Notes: generated by a model from the letters alone, not told the origin. Shown: positions 49,201 to 61,914, counted from the first letter of the stretch. The stretch: 64,000 bases of DNA from Scyliorhinus canicula (GCF_902713615.1 NC_052162.1:131650653-131714652), one strand, 5' to 3'. Translations and numbers: made by a program.

Positions 49201-52140
49201 AGTGACTTATGAAGATCCCATTGCCACTTAGCTTCGTCCCCCGGAATGGTGTGGGTTTCTTGCAGGAAGCACACCACGCACTTTCCGTCCCGGAGGACAG
49301 CGAAGCACTGGAAATGGTGAAGCGCGTCCTTGCTGCCATGGATGTTGAGGCTGGCTATGGTTACCTCCATGTCAGTTGTAGCGTGTATCCTTCACCAACC
49401 ACCCGGAACTCGCAGGAGGTAGAGGGTTGCCGCCCAATCCACTCCCTCAGGAGCCCCGCGAGGAACAGGACAGCTTGGTGCTGCCCCCCTGGTCCTGATC
49501 GAATTCCCGTGCCTCTCTGGCATAGACGTTGGTGGTCTTGAGGTGCAGCCCCAGATTTCGCCAGCTGTCCAGGGCTAGCCGCACACAGTCCTGGTGACCG
49601 TGATGCTTTTTCAAAAACGCTCGGAGTTCCCAGAGGGGATGAGGGGAGACTCGGTGCCGGACGTAAGGGCGCCCTCTGCCTTGCTGCAGAGAGGGACTAA
49701 ATCCTCCTCCTCACCCGTCAACGAGCAGCTGTCCTCCTCCGAGTGTCACCGCCTGGCTCGAGTCCCCCGCCACATGGAGTGTGGCGGGAAAACGGTCCAT
49801 CGGCTAGCCCTTGGCCCGAGTCGATCCCGCCCCCAGGATCACCCTCAGACAGGTTCCTCACAGGCTCCCCAGCAATTCAGGGTCTGTGGACGGTGGCGCC
49901 TCCGACCCTGACTCCGCGTCAATGCCGGGCTCTCGGAGAGACCCCGGAAGACCCCAGGAACAGCTCCGGGATGGAACCTGGGCTCCCTGGCACCGTCTGC
50001 TTGGGTGTTGCGAGCGGGGAGCCTTCCTTTCCGTCGCCCGCCCACGACCTGAATATGTAAGGGCACTGGGGGCTGCTGCTGGCCACCGCCGATGAACAAA
50101 ACGAGGTGACCGGTGAGTAAAACTGCATCGGACGGAACAAGTTCTCGGGGGTCGCGTCGCCACCCGGCCCCGGGCCATCTGGGATTGTGGCGAGGCCGGA
50201 ACAGCCTCCAGCTAAGGGCTGTACACAGGGTCTACACCGCCCTCCGGAGCACGTGTGGTGGTCTCTCCGGACCCCTCAGATTGTTGCGGTGCGGCGGCGG
50301 CGTCCCGAGGTAAGGCTGCATTCTCGGAGTTGGTCTGGGCGGGCACGAGATCAGTAGTTTTGACAGGGTCTGGATGGGCCTGGTCCGACCAGCGTGCCGT
50401 CTTTCGTCTGGCCTTTTCAGGCCATCTCTGGTCCAGTGGAGGCTCCCTCTCCCCCTCCCCAGACCACCCTCCCGAAGGCCGAGCTTTAGCGGCACCACCC
50501 CGGACCAAACCTCCCCCAGTAGGTTGAGATGGGGGAGGAGCTCGGTGGGGAGTCAGGGCGGGACGTTGGAAAGAACGACACGTTCGGCGGTGGCCTCCAG
50601 CGGGTCTACTACCACGTGTGTCCCGCCCACCGTGAGCCCCCTTTCCAGGACACGGTGGACCGCCTGCTCGGCCCGCAGGAAAAACACAGCCTTGCCGTAC
50701 ATCCACGAGGCGGCTACGAGGGTCCCACGACCCCGGCCATCACACGAGTGCACGCCTCGATGGTCATGGTGGGGTGGGCACAGCACTTAGAACATAGAAT
50801 ACAGCACAGTACAGACCCTTCAGCCCACAATGTTGTGCCGACCACTTATCCTAATCTAAGATCAACCTAACCTACACCCCTTCAATTTACTGCTGTCCAT
50901 GTGCCTGTCCAAGAGTCGCTCAATGTGCCTAATGACTCTGACTCCACCACCTCCGCTGGCAGTGCATTCCACACACCCACCACTCAGTGTAAATAACCGT
51001 TTGGATTAAAATCCCCTCCCGAATCCCTCTCCACAGCATCAAAATTTTGTGGCGGTGTGTTACAGTTCACTCGGAGCCCCAGGTTGCTGTGACCCCATGC
51101 ACTTTTACATGCGTGCTGTAGTCTGGAGCTAGTCATGGACGGTGATACAAAGACCAAAGAAAATTACAGCACAGGAACAGGCCCTTCGGCCCTCCCAGCC
51201 TTCGCCGATCCAGATCCTCTATCTAAACCTGTTGCCTATTTTCCAAGGATCTACCTCCCTCTGTTCCCCGTCCGTTCATATGTCTGTCTAGATGCATCTT
51301 AAATGATGCTATCGTGCCCGCCTCTACCACCTCCGCTGGCAAAGCGTTCCAGGCACCCACCACCCTCTGCGTAAAAAATTTCCACGCAAATCTCCCTTAA
51401 ACTTTCCCCCTCTCACCTTGAAATCGTGACCCCTTGTAATTGACACCCCCACTCTTGGCAAAAGCTTGTTGCTATCCACCCTGTCCATACCTCTCATAAT
51501 TTTGTAGACCTCAATCAGGTCCCTCCTCAACCTCCCGCCTTTCCAACAAAAACAATCCTAATCTACTCCACCTTTCTTCATAGCTAGCACCCTCCATACC
51601 AGGCAACGTCCTGGTGAACCTCCTCTGCACCCTCTCTAAAGCATCCACATCCTTCTGGTAATGTGGCGACTAGATGGAAGACGATCCCACTTTCTTACCA
51701 ACTGCCCAGGAATCTCTCTCGTTCCCAATGCCGTGTGTTGAAAGGGTTTACAGGTTGACAATCAACCTGTTTGACCACGTTATGGAGGTGTTACCTTGGC
51801 CATCAAGCCCCAAATTGCCGTGTCAATAGGCGGAAGGGCAAAGGGGCAGCGGAGGGTTGAGAGGCTGCTGCCCCTGCATAGGTGGTCCTTGGCCACCCTG
51901 CCCCCCGGCAGAGGGGAATGCCCCTGGGGTGCTGCCCATGCCCACACCTGGGACAACCGGGCCCTGTATCCAGGTTCAGGGTGGTAGGGGGAGGGGGGGA
52001 ATGGATGTGGCACCGCAACAGCTGGTGCCACAAGGGAAGGTGCTGCAGGGCAACAGCAGGTGGCGACTATGAGCGGGGCACCGTTCTTCAGCCCTGGAGG
52101 GGCCTAAAGCAATGACCCAGGCTGCCCCACAGCCGGTGAA
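46295..52140 (-). mobile_element. Near-full-length Tx1-clade LINE (ORF1 + APE/RT ORF2), degenerate, interrupted by CR1 fragments at 50790-51670
   Basis: APE: MEVTIASLNI..FLQETH, GGDFNC, SRIDRLY; RT: ADADDV, LYLGVY, LSYRGRVLVINQLVASMLWY; ORF1: ASWMYGKAVFFL. Confidence 0.85.
51148..51670 (-). mobile_element. CR1 LINE 3' fragment
   Basis: DLIEVYKIMRGMDRV...TRGHDFKV. Confidence 0.8.
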
Positions 52141-52204
52141 AAGGTGGGCGGACGGCGCTCTTCAGCCCTGTTGGGGCCAAAACAGAACCCTTGGTCTTCA
52201 CAGC

Positions 52205-52495
52205 AACCCCAGGTAGTCCCACTCCCACCTCAGGCAGAGGGGTGGGAGGACAGAGTCTGCAGTCCCAGGTGGTCCCACCTCAGGCAGAGGGGCGGGAGGA
52301 CAGAGGGCAGGGTCTGCAGTCCCAGCTGGTCCCACTCCCACCTCAGGCAGAGGGATGGGAGGACAGAGGGCAGGGTCTGCATTCCCAGGCGGTCCCACTC
52401 CCACCTCAGGCAGAGGGGCGGGAGGACAGAGGGCAGGGTCTGCAGTCCCAGGTGGTCCCACCTCAGGCAGAGGGGTGGGAGGTCAGAGGGCAGCA
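52205..52495. repeat. G-rich minisatellite, ~60-66-bp unit, ~4.5 copies
   Basis: CCCACCTCAGGCAGAGGGGCGGGAGGACAGAGGGCAGGGTCTGCAGTCCCAGGTGGT repeated. Confidence 0.88.
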
Positions 52496-52574
52496 GGAGT
52501 GGGGAGGGGAGGGACAGAGACAGGAACAATCAGCCAGTTAGCCTGAGCCTATGGCCGCTCTCACCATCTGTAAC

Positions 52575-52995
52575 CGTCACAATGCCCGGGAGATTGACGG
52601 CAGCTCCCGACCAATAGGCTGAGAGGGGCGGGTCTGGAGGACCGACCTTGAGTGGCTGATCAACCAATCGGAGAGAATGAGAGGCGGGGCCCGCTGTGAT
52701 TGAAGCATGCGCAGTGTGGGTAGCGGCGACGCAGAGGGTGTTGGGGTGTTTCCTTCAGATCTGAAATTGGTATGAAGCAAGTAACAATATGGAGGGAGCG
52801 AGAGATTGCGGGGGTGGGCGGAAACGTTATGTAAAGGTGTTGTGAGCCGCAATCCTCGGAAAAGAGCTCACTTGACTAATTTTGTTCTGAGCGGACCTGC
52901 AGCTCCTCATCGTCGGCTCGGGTTAACAGCCGCCATCTTTATTGGATGTGCATCAGGGCGCATGCGCGTTTCTCATCTTTGTCGGGGCGATGTTT
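52575..52995 (+). promoter_or_regulatory. CpG-island promoter of ZNF E
   Basis: Same two-CCAAT/GC-box module; NRF1-like GCATGCGCA ~52705 and GCGCATGCGC ~52958; YY1-like CGCCATCTT ~52931. Confidence 0.7.
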
Positions 52996-54578
52996 CAATG
53001 AGTGGGAGGAGCTTGTTCCCCATTGTTCAGAATGGAGACAACTTGTCCATCAAACTGGATTAGTCCAGTGATGGATTTTTAATAATGATTATTATATTAC
53101 TATAATTTGGGGAAAAGCTTTTTCAAGAAGATTCGCAGCTCCACAAAGTGTTTCCAACTTCTCAAACCAATCTCCTGAACAGGTTTACCCATTTATTTGA
53201 CTAAAACGATGGTCCCTGGTCGCATTGTGGCACAGCGGTTAGCACTGCTGCCTCACGCACCAACGACCATAACCTTTATTGTCACAAGTAGGCTTACATC
53301 AACACTGCAATGTAGTTACTGTGAAAAGCCCTTAGTTCCCACATTCCGGCGCCTGTTCGGGTACACAGAGGGAGAATTCAGAATGCCCAATTCACCTAAC
53401 AAGCACGACTTTTGGGAATTGTGGGAGGAAATCGGAGCACCTGCAGGAAATCCACGCAGACGTGGGGAACGTGCAGACTCCGCACAGACAGTGACCCAAG
53501 CCGGGAATCGAACCTGGGGCCCTGGTGCTGTGAAGCAACAGTGCTAACCATTTAGTATAATTTAGCATATTCCAGTTTGGGACCCGGGTCACTGTCCATG
53601 TGGCGGTTGCACATTCTCCCCGTGTCTGCATGTGTCTCACCCCAAAGATGTGCAGGGCAGCTGGATTGGCCACACTAAATTGCCCCTCAATTGGAAAAAA
53701 TAATTGGTTATTCTGAATATATTTTTAAAAAAGATGGTCTCAATTAAAGTGGTGGGTTCCCCAGGAGATGGTTGACATTTCAGGGAACAGTAGATTAATA
53801 ATGGACCGAGATATGTCTCGTGTTGTTGTATGGCACAGATTAAATATATTACTTAAGGCTCTGTAATAAAGTAAATTTATGATTATTTCTTGCCTTGTAT
53901 TTTAAGACTGTAGCTACATTATAGATTTCCAGTCATCTCTTCCCTCAGAGGGTTGTTAGTCTTTGGATTTCTCTTCCACAGGGACCAGTTGTATCTGGGG
54001 ATCATTAAATATATTGAAGCACAATTTTGACAGATATTTTATTGACAATGGAGTTAAGGTTATGGGGAACAGGTTGGAAAATAGAGAGAAAGCTGAGATG
54101 AGGAGGGATCTCTTCACTCGAGGATGTGGGGAAGCTTTGGAATTCTGTACTCTAGAGGAATGTGGAGCCTCAGTCATCAGGTATGTTCAAGCCAAATATT
54201 TATAGGTTTCTAGATATTGAGGGATATGGGGATCGTGTGGGAAAATGGTGCTGAGGTAGATCGGCCAAGGTTGAATGGTTGAACAGACTTGGTGGGCCGA
54301 ATGGCCTACTCTTCCTCCTATTCTAATCTCTGTGTCCTGGTCAGGAAGCAGTGAGCTGAGCTTTGATCTGTCAATCAACATGAATCAGCACCTTCAGGAG
54401 AATTGGGAGGGTGGATATTAGATACAGCAGAGTGAGAATGGAGGGAGATTGTGTGGGATGGAGATTTACAGCTTTTGGAGAACAAGAGAGGAAATAATGT
54501 TCCGTAGGAACTCAAATTGTCTGTTCTGAATTTCCACTCTGCTCCAACAATGATGACTTTTGCAAATTGGTTTTAAAG

Positions 54579-54952
54579 GATATTGGAAGAGGAGAAATTA
54601 TAGACAGAAATCTCAAACATCACGTTGCAATGTGACAAACTCACTCGACTCCTTCTGATCTGAATATCATCGGGCTCTGAATATCATCGGCGAGAAGGAG
54701 AAATGTTTGTCCAATCTGTCGGCTTCAACTGTGGATACATCAGTGTGACTGGAAAAGCACTGAGACCCACAAAACACACACACCCGAGTGAGAGTGTTCC
54801 AGTGAACTGACTGTGGAAAGAGCTTTAACCAGTTACACAGCCTGAAAAAGTATCACACCATTCACAGCGAGGAGAGACAGTGCACATGTTCTGTGTGTAG
54901 ACAAGGCTTCCACTGATTGTCCAATCTGGGGAGATACGAGGAGACCCAGAAC
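54579..54952 (+). other. ZNF E exon leader (acceptor TTTTAAAG|G), uAUG 54703, stop 54914-54916
   Basis: Homologous to the other leaders; closest to A. Confidence 0.7.
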
Positions 54953-55735
54953 ATGGAGAAACCGTGGAAATGTGGGGACTGTGGGAAGGGATACTGTTTC
55001 CCATCTCTGCTGGAGATTCATCGACGCAGTCATACTGGGGAGAGGCCATTCACCTGCTCCCAGTGTGGGAAGGGATTCACTCAGTTACCTCACCTGCAGG
55101 CACACCAGCGAGTTCACACTGGGGAGAAGCCATTCACCTGCTCTCAGTGTGGGCAGAGATTCACTCAGTTATCCAGCCTGCAGGCACACCAGCGAGTTCA
55201 CACTGAGGAGAAGCCGTTCACCTGCTCTCAGTGTGGGCAGGGATTCACTCTGTTATCCAGTCTGCAGTCACACCAGCTTGTTCACACTGGGGAGAGGCCA
55301 TTCACCTGCTCTCAATGTGGGAAGGGATTCATTTATTCATCAACCCTGCGGAAACATCAGCGAATTCACACTGGGGAGAGGCCATTCACCTGCTCTCAAT
55401 GTGGGAAGGGATTCATTTATTCATCAACCCTGCAGAGACATCAGCGAGTTCACACTGGGGAGAGGCCATTCACCTGCTCTGAGTGTGGGAAGGGATACAG
55501 TGATTTATCGACCCTGCAGACACACCAGCGAATTCACACTGGGGAGAGGCCATTCACCTGTTTTCAGTGTGGGAAGGGATTCCGTGCTTCATTCACCCTG
55601 CAAAGACATCAACGAGTTCACACTGGGGAGAGACCATTCACCTGCTCTCAGTGTGGGAAGGGATTCAGTGATTTATCCGCCCTGCAGACACACCAGCGAA
55701 TTCACACTGGGGAGAGGCCGTTCACCTGCTCTTAG
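54953..55735 (+). CDS. C2H2 zinc-finger protein E (260 aa, 9 fingers), ended by a premature TAG in finger 10
   Basis: ATG at 54953 ([10 protein letters not shown]); TGC TCT TAG TGT GGG AAG; remainder of the array at 58100-58232. Confidence 0.85.
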   Translation: MEKPWKCGDCGKGYCFPSLLEIHRRSHTGERPFTCSQCGKGFTQLPHLQAHQRVHTGEKPFTCSQCGQRFTQLSSLQAHQRVHTEEKPFTCSQCGQGFTLLSSLQSHQLVHTGERPFTCSQCGKGFIYSSTLRKHQRIHTGERPFTCSQCGKGFIYSSTLQRHQRVHTGERPFTCSECGKGYSDLSTLQTHQRIHTGERPFTCFQCGKGFRASFTLQRHQRVHTGERPFTCSQCGKGFSDLSALQTHQRIHTGERPFTCS

Positions 55736-55748
55736 TGTGGGAAGGGAT

Positions 55749-58095
55749 TACATAGAAACATAGAAAATAGGAGCAGGAAGAGGCCATTTAGCCCTTCACA
55801 CCTGCTCCACCATCCATTATGATCATGGCTTATCCAACAGCTTAATTCCGTTTTCTCCTTTGATCCCCTTTGGCCCAAGTGCCAAATCTAACTGCTTCTT
55901 GAAAACATACCCTATGCTGCTCTTGTTTGGCCTTGATCCGCATTATAACCAATTATTATTTGTTGATACACCGTTGTCAATGTACTCTGTCGATTATTCT
56001 TTTGTCTACTGTGTACGTACTGCGTACGTTCCCTTGGCCGTAGAAAAATACTTTTCACTGTACTTCGGTACATGTGACAATAAATATCAATCAATAGTGA
56101 CCTCAACTATTTCCTGTGGTGACAAATTCTCACCACTCTGGTTGAAGACATTTCTCCTCATCTCTGTCCTAAATGATATACCCCGTATCCTCAGACTGCG
56201 ACCTATGCTTCTGTACACTCCCACCATCGGGAAAATCTTTCCTGCATCTCCCTGTCAAGTCCTGTTAGAATATTACAGGTTTCTATGAGATCCCCCCCCC
56301 CATATTCTACTGAACTCCAGCGAATACAATCCTAACTGATACAGTCTCTCAAACGTCAGTCCCACCATCCCAGGAATCAGTCTGGTAAACCTTCGCTGCA
56401 CTCCCTCTACAGCAAGAACATCCTTCCTCGGATAAGGAGATCCAAACTCCACACAATATTCCAGGTATGACCTCACGAAGGCCCTGTGTAACTGCAGCAA
56501 GATATTCCTGCTCCTGTACTCGAATCCGCTCGTAGTGAAGGCTAGCATGTCATTTCCCTTTTTTACCGCCTGCTGTACCTGCATCTGACTTTCAGTGACT
56601 GATGTACGAGGATACACAGGTCTCGTTGCACATTCCCTTCTCTTAATTTATGACCATTCAGTTTCGCATTTTCGCTACCACAGTGGGTAACCTTGCATTT
56701 TTCCAAATTATACTGTATCTGCCATTCATTTGCCCACTCACTCAACTAGTCCAAATCACTCTGAAGGATCTCTGCAATCTCCTCATGGCTCACCCTCCCA
56801 CGCAACTTGTCATATGCAAATTTGGAGATATTGCATTTTGTTCCCTCATCTAAATCGTTAATATATATAGGGTGGTGCAGTGGTTAGCACTGCTGTATCA
56901 CGGAGCTGAGGACCAGGGTTCAATCCTGGCCCCGGATCACAGTGCGTGTGGAGACAAGTTTTCCCTGTGTCTGTGTGTTCTAACCCCCATAATCCAATGA
57001 TGTGCTGGGTAGGTGAATTGGCCGCGCTAAATTGCCCCTTAACTGGAAAAAAGGAATTGGGTACTTTAAATTTGAAAAACATATTTAATTAATGTATCTT
57101 GTGAATATGTGGGGTCCTTGCACCGATACCTCTGGTACCCCGCTAATCACTGCCTGCCAATTTGAAAAAGACCCATTAATTCCTACTCTTTGTTTCCTGT
57201 CTGCCAACCAGTTTTCTATCCATCCCAATACACTACCCCTAATCCCATGTGCTTTAATTTTACACACTAATCTCTTGTGCGGGACTTTTGTCGAAAACCA
57301 TCTGAAAGTCCAAATATACCACATCCACTGGCTCCCCCTCATCAACTCTACCAGTTACACCCTCGAAGAATTCCAGTAGATTTGTCCAGCTTGATTTCCC
57401 CTTCATAAATCCATGCTGACTCTCCGATTCTGCCACTGTTTTCTAAGTGCTTTGCTATAAAATATTTGACAACGGATTAGAGAATTTCCCCCACTGCCGA
57501 TGTCAGGCTTACTGGTCTATAATTCCCTGTTTTCTCTCTAACTCCCTTTTTAAATAGTGGAGTTACGAAAGCCACCCTCCAATCTGCAGGAACTGGTCAA
57601 GAGTCTATCAAATCCTAGAAGATATTCACCAATGCATCCACTATGTAGAGCCATTTATTTAAGTACTTTGGGATGCAGATTATCAGGCTCTGGGGATTTA
57701 TCAGCACAGGAGTGAGCACTTTTGCTTCACAGTGCCAGGATCCCAGGTTCGATTCCTTGCTTGGGTCACTGTCTGTGCTGAGTCTGCACGTTCTCCCCGT
57801 GTCTGCGTGGGTTCCCTCCCGGTGATTCGGTTTCCTCCCACAAGTCCCAAAAGATGTGCTGTTAGGCGAATTGAACATTCCAAATCCTCCCTCAGTGTAC
57901 CCGGACAGTGTTAATGTAAGCCTACTTGTGACAAGAATAAAGATTATTATTATTATTATTATCCAGTACTACCACTGCACTTTTCCTTTTTGTCTGTCCT
58001 TCCTAAATACGGAATATATTCAGTTCCCATCCCTGGTCATCCTGCAGCCATGTCTCTATAATCCTGATTATCTCACACCTGTTTATGTCTATTTA
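55749..58095 (-). mobile_element. CR1 LINE inserted in the ZNF E coding exon, with nested Rex-type tail (55910-56095) and SINEs (56868-57080, 57705-57960)
   Basis: (CATAGAAA)n tail at 55749; KVPHKRL, WLADRKQRVGING, VQRRFTRLIPGM. Confidence 0.85.
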
Positions 58096-58099
58096 CACA

Positions 58100-58232
58100 A
58101 TTCACCTGGTTATCCAGTCTGCAGTCACACCAGGGAGTTCACATTGGGGAGAGGCCGTCCACCTGCTCTCAATGTGCAAAGGGATTTTGTAATTCATCGC
58201 ACTTTCTGAGACACCAATAAGTTCACAACTGA
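58100..58232 (+). pseudogene. Detached distal zinc fingers of ZNF E, followed by a 3' region homologous to that of ZNF A
   Basis: [42 protein letters not shown]; 58210-58660 aligns with 12165-12625. Confidence 0.8.
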
Positions 58233-60029
58233 TTACAGGGATTGGATTCCGTTGGTATTGTTTCTGTCCTCAATTACATTCAGGACTGCATTTTGTTCAT
58301 TCTGCTGGTCAATGGGCCGGTCTTCCGGCTTCGCGTCCAGTGGGCTGATTCTCTCTGAGCCTTCTTGCAAATATCTGGTTGCACATTTCACAAGGATCAA
58401 AGAGTGAAAGGGAGTTTGGAGGTTAGAAGATTATTTCATGACCATTTCTGTTTGGAAACCCCAAAAATCATGCCACATTGCCATGAAGATGGGTTATGGT
58501 GGTTACATGGTTCTTTTGTTTAATTTATCTTGGTGTTTCTCACAGAAGAAAACTATCAAGGTATGAGAGCATGTTGTCTGAGGTGCACTGGGAAACTACA
58601 TTAAATACTATGGTGGGAGACAGGCAATCACTAATATTTAAGGAATTATTACAGATTTACACGGGGATCGGTTAGCTCAGTTGACTGGATGGCTGGTTTG
58701 TGTGAGTGACACCAACAGCACAAGTTAAATTCCCATACTGGCTGAGGTTAGCCATGGTCTGTGTCAGTATTTATGCTCCACATGAGCCTCCACCCACCCC
58801 TCTACATCTCCCACATCAGCATCTCCTATTCTTTCTCCCTCAGGTATGTATCTAGTTTTACGTTCAATGGATTCATGCTGTTCACCTCAACCACTTGCTG
58901 TGGTAGTGAGTTCCACATTCTCATCACTCGCTGGATAAAGAGGTTTCTACTGAAATTCCTACTGGATTATTGAATCCCTTCATAGTCTTATAGATTTGCA
59001 TCAGGTCATCCATCAGTCTTCTCTTTTCCAGAAAAAAGCAGCCCCAGCCTTTCCTGAGTGTTAAATGCTCTCAGTTCTGTATATTATGAATCTTTGTTAC
59101 ACCTTCTCCAGTGTCTCTATTTCCTTTTTCTAAATGGAGATCACCAATGTTGACAGAGCTCCCAGTGTAGTCTGACACTGGGTCGAAACAAGTTGAACAT
59201 TTCCTCTATGCTTTTCAATTCTATCCCTCCAGAATGGACCATTATATACGGGCTTCACACTTTAGGAAAGATGTGAAGTTCTTAGTGAGGGTGTAGAGAA
59301 CATTTACAAGAATGGCACCAGAAATGAGGGACTCCAGTTAGTTGGAGTGACTGGAGCAGCTGAATTTCTCTCCAGAGATCACAGCATCTGGAGGGTGAGA
59401 AATGGGATCATTCAGCCCTTTGAGATCATATTGGCTCTCTGTGGAGCAAACCAGTCCATTGCCCCGTTCTATCCCCAAATCCCTGAGGGTTTATTTCTCT
59501 CAGTGCCTGTCCAATTTCCGACTGAAATCCTTGTGTCATCTCTGCATCTCCTACTCTCGTAGGCAGTAGGTTCCAGGTCATTACCACTCCCTCTACACGT
59601 ACACAAGGCTCCTAGAGCACAGAGTCTATTTGGCCCAGTTTTCCCGTGCCAGCTCTTTGTACAGCGACCCATTTAATCCCAGAGTTCGATTTTTGTTTTC
59701 TTTTTCAGAATGTACCAAATTCCCTTTTGGAAGTTACAGTCCAATGAGATTGCAGCACCATTTATAGACAGTGCATTCCAAATCACAACAACTCGCTGTG
59801 TTTTACAACAAATAATTGTGCATATAGTGTGTCTGGAATTTCAGAAAGTATTAAAAATGGCGTGGTTATTATACAAAATTAAGACTCAATCTTTATCCTA
59901 GTTTGCAGACAATTAGAACAATTGTACATTTCTATAAAATCTCTCACGACCACTGGACCTCCTAAAGTGTTTAAAAGCGAATTATAATAATAAAAATCTT
60001 TTAAAAAATAAATTTAGAGTACCCAATTT

Positions 60030-61212
60030 TTTTTTCCAGTTAAGGGCAATTTGAAATGAAAAATGAAAATTGCTTATTGTCACAAGTAGGCTTCAAATGA
60101 AGTTACTGTGAAAAGCCCCTAGTCGCCACATCCCAGCGCCTGTTCGGGGAGGCTTTAACGGGAATTGAACCGTGCTGCTGGCCTGCCTTGGTCTGCTTTC
60201 AAAGCCAGCTATTTAGCCCAATGTGCTGAACCAGCCCCTTTTTTTTTTACAAACTTTGCAAACAGGTTCACTTTTTTCCTTTTCTAAAATATTTTGATGG
60301 AAATGTTTTAATTTATAACAAGCACGACATGAACATCAAACAGCCCAAAATACAAGTATCAAATAGTACAATATCGTACAAAAGGAAACAAAATAGTAAA
60401 AAGCATCCAACGGAACTTATAAATCCCACCCAAAGAAAGACCAAAATCAACTCTTTAAAGTATGAAATGAAAAGCTTTTTAGCGTGGCCAATCCAGCTAC
60501 TGTGCACATCTTTGGATTGCGGGGGCGAAACCCACGCAGAGATGGGGAGAATGTGCAAAACTCCACACTGACAGTGACCCAGATAATAATAAAAATCTTT
60601 ATTGTCACAAGTAGGTTGTAGGTTTTTCCAGTTAAGGGGCAATTTGAAATGAAAAATGAAAATTGCTTATTGTCACAAGTAGGCTTCAAATGAAGTTACT
60701 GTGAAAAGCCCCTAGTCGCCACATTCCAGCGCCTGTTCGGGGAGGCTTAAACGGGAATTGAACCGTGCTGCTGGCCTGCCTTGGTCTGCTTTCAAAGCCA
60801 GCTATTTAGCCCAATGTGCTGAACCAGCCCCTTTTTTTTTTTTACAAACTTTGCAAACAGGTTCACTTTTTTCCTTTTCTAAAATATTTTGATGGAAATG
60901 TTTTAATTTATAACAAGCACGACATGAACATCAAACAGCCCAAAATACAAGTATCAAATAGTACAATATCGTACAAAAGGAAACAAAATAGTAAAAAGCA
61001 TCCAACGGAACTTATAAATCCCACCCAAAGAAAGACCAAAATCAACTCTTTAAAGTATGAAATGAAAAGCTTTTTAGCGTGGCCAATCCAGCTACTGTGC
61101 ACATCTTTGGATTGCGGGGGCGAAACCCACGCAGAGATGGGGAGAATGTGCAAAACTCCACACTGACAGTGACCCAGATAATAATAAAAATCTTTATTGT
61201 CACAAGTAGGTT
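60030..61212. repeat. Tandem duplication, 595-bp period, of SINE-rich sequence
   Basis: Identical translated ORFs end at 60571 and 61166; only a few substitutions and homopolymer differences. Confidence 0.92.
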
Positions 61213-61914
61213 TACATAGCAATGACGTTACTTTGAAAAGTCCCTAGTCACCACATTCCAGGGCCTGTTCGGATACACGGAGGGAGAATTCAGAATGTCC
61301 AGATTACCTAACAGCACGTCTTTTGGGATTAGTGGGAGGAAGGAAACCGATGCGGAAAGAGGGAGACATGCATACTCCGCATAGACACTGACCCAAGTGG
61401 GAATGGAACCTTGGACACTGATGCTGTGAAGCCACAGTGGTAACCACTGTGCTACCGTGCTGCTCAATGGAGTACTTTCGAAACATATTCACTGTTGTAA
61501 TGTAGGAAGCTGTAAGTGCGCATATGTAATCACATTTAGTTTTTAAATTGTTATTTTCATAGTGTATTCACTGTCATTAGTAACAAGGTCAAGGAAGCCC
61601 TTTTATACCTCTAACATGTGGCTTCCTGCAGCCATTTCACCTTCTGTACCTTTTCCATATTAACTATGTATTGATTTCAGAACAAAAATAATAATTAAAT
61701 TCATGATTATTCAGTCGTGAACGTTGATTATCATGAGCGAATTGGTGTATTGGGTTATTATTTAGTAAAGACTAGATCTTTATTTTAAGAAATAACACTA
61801 TCGACCAAAATGTTTCCAGAAACTGCAGAGCTATGAGAATTTGTTTGAAAAAATAAATTACTTTATAATTTTGAGAAGTTACAAGACAACATATTCTGCC
61901 AAGAATATGTGGGC

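Noticed and set aside
54803-54916. In-frame TGA at a zinc-ligand Cys position (FQ*TDC; also 11133) suggesting selenocysteine or read-through
   Set aside because: Paralogs have TAA (D 40993; A 11643), TGA-TAG, TAT or frameshifts at equivalent sites; no SECIS recognised
54964-55763. Alternative-frame ORFs over the ZNF arrays ([14 protein letters not shown] repeats; also in A-D)
   Set aside because: Shadow frames of the 84-bp finger repeat
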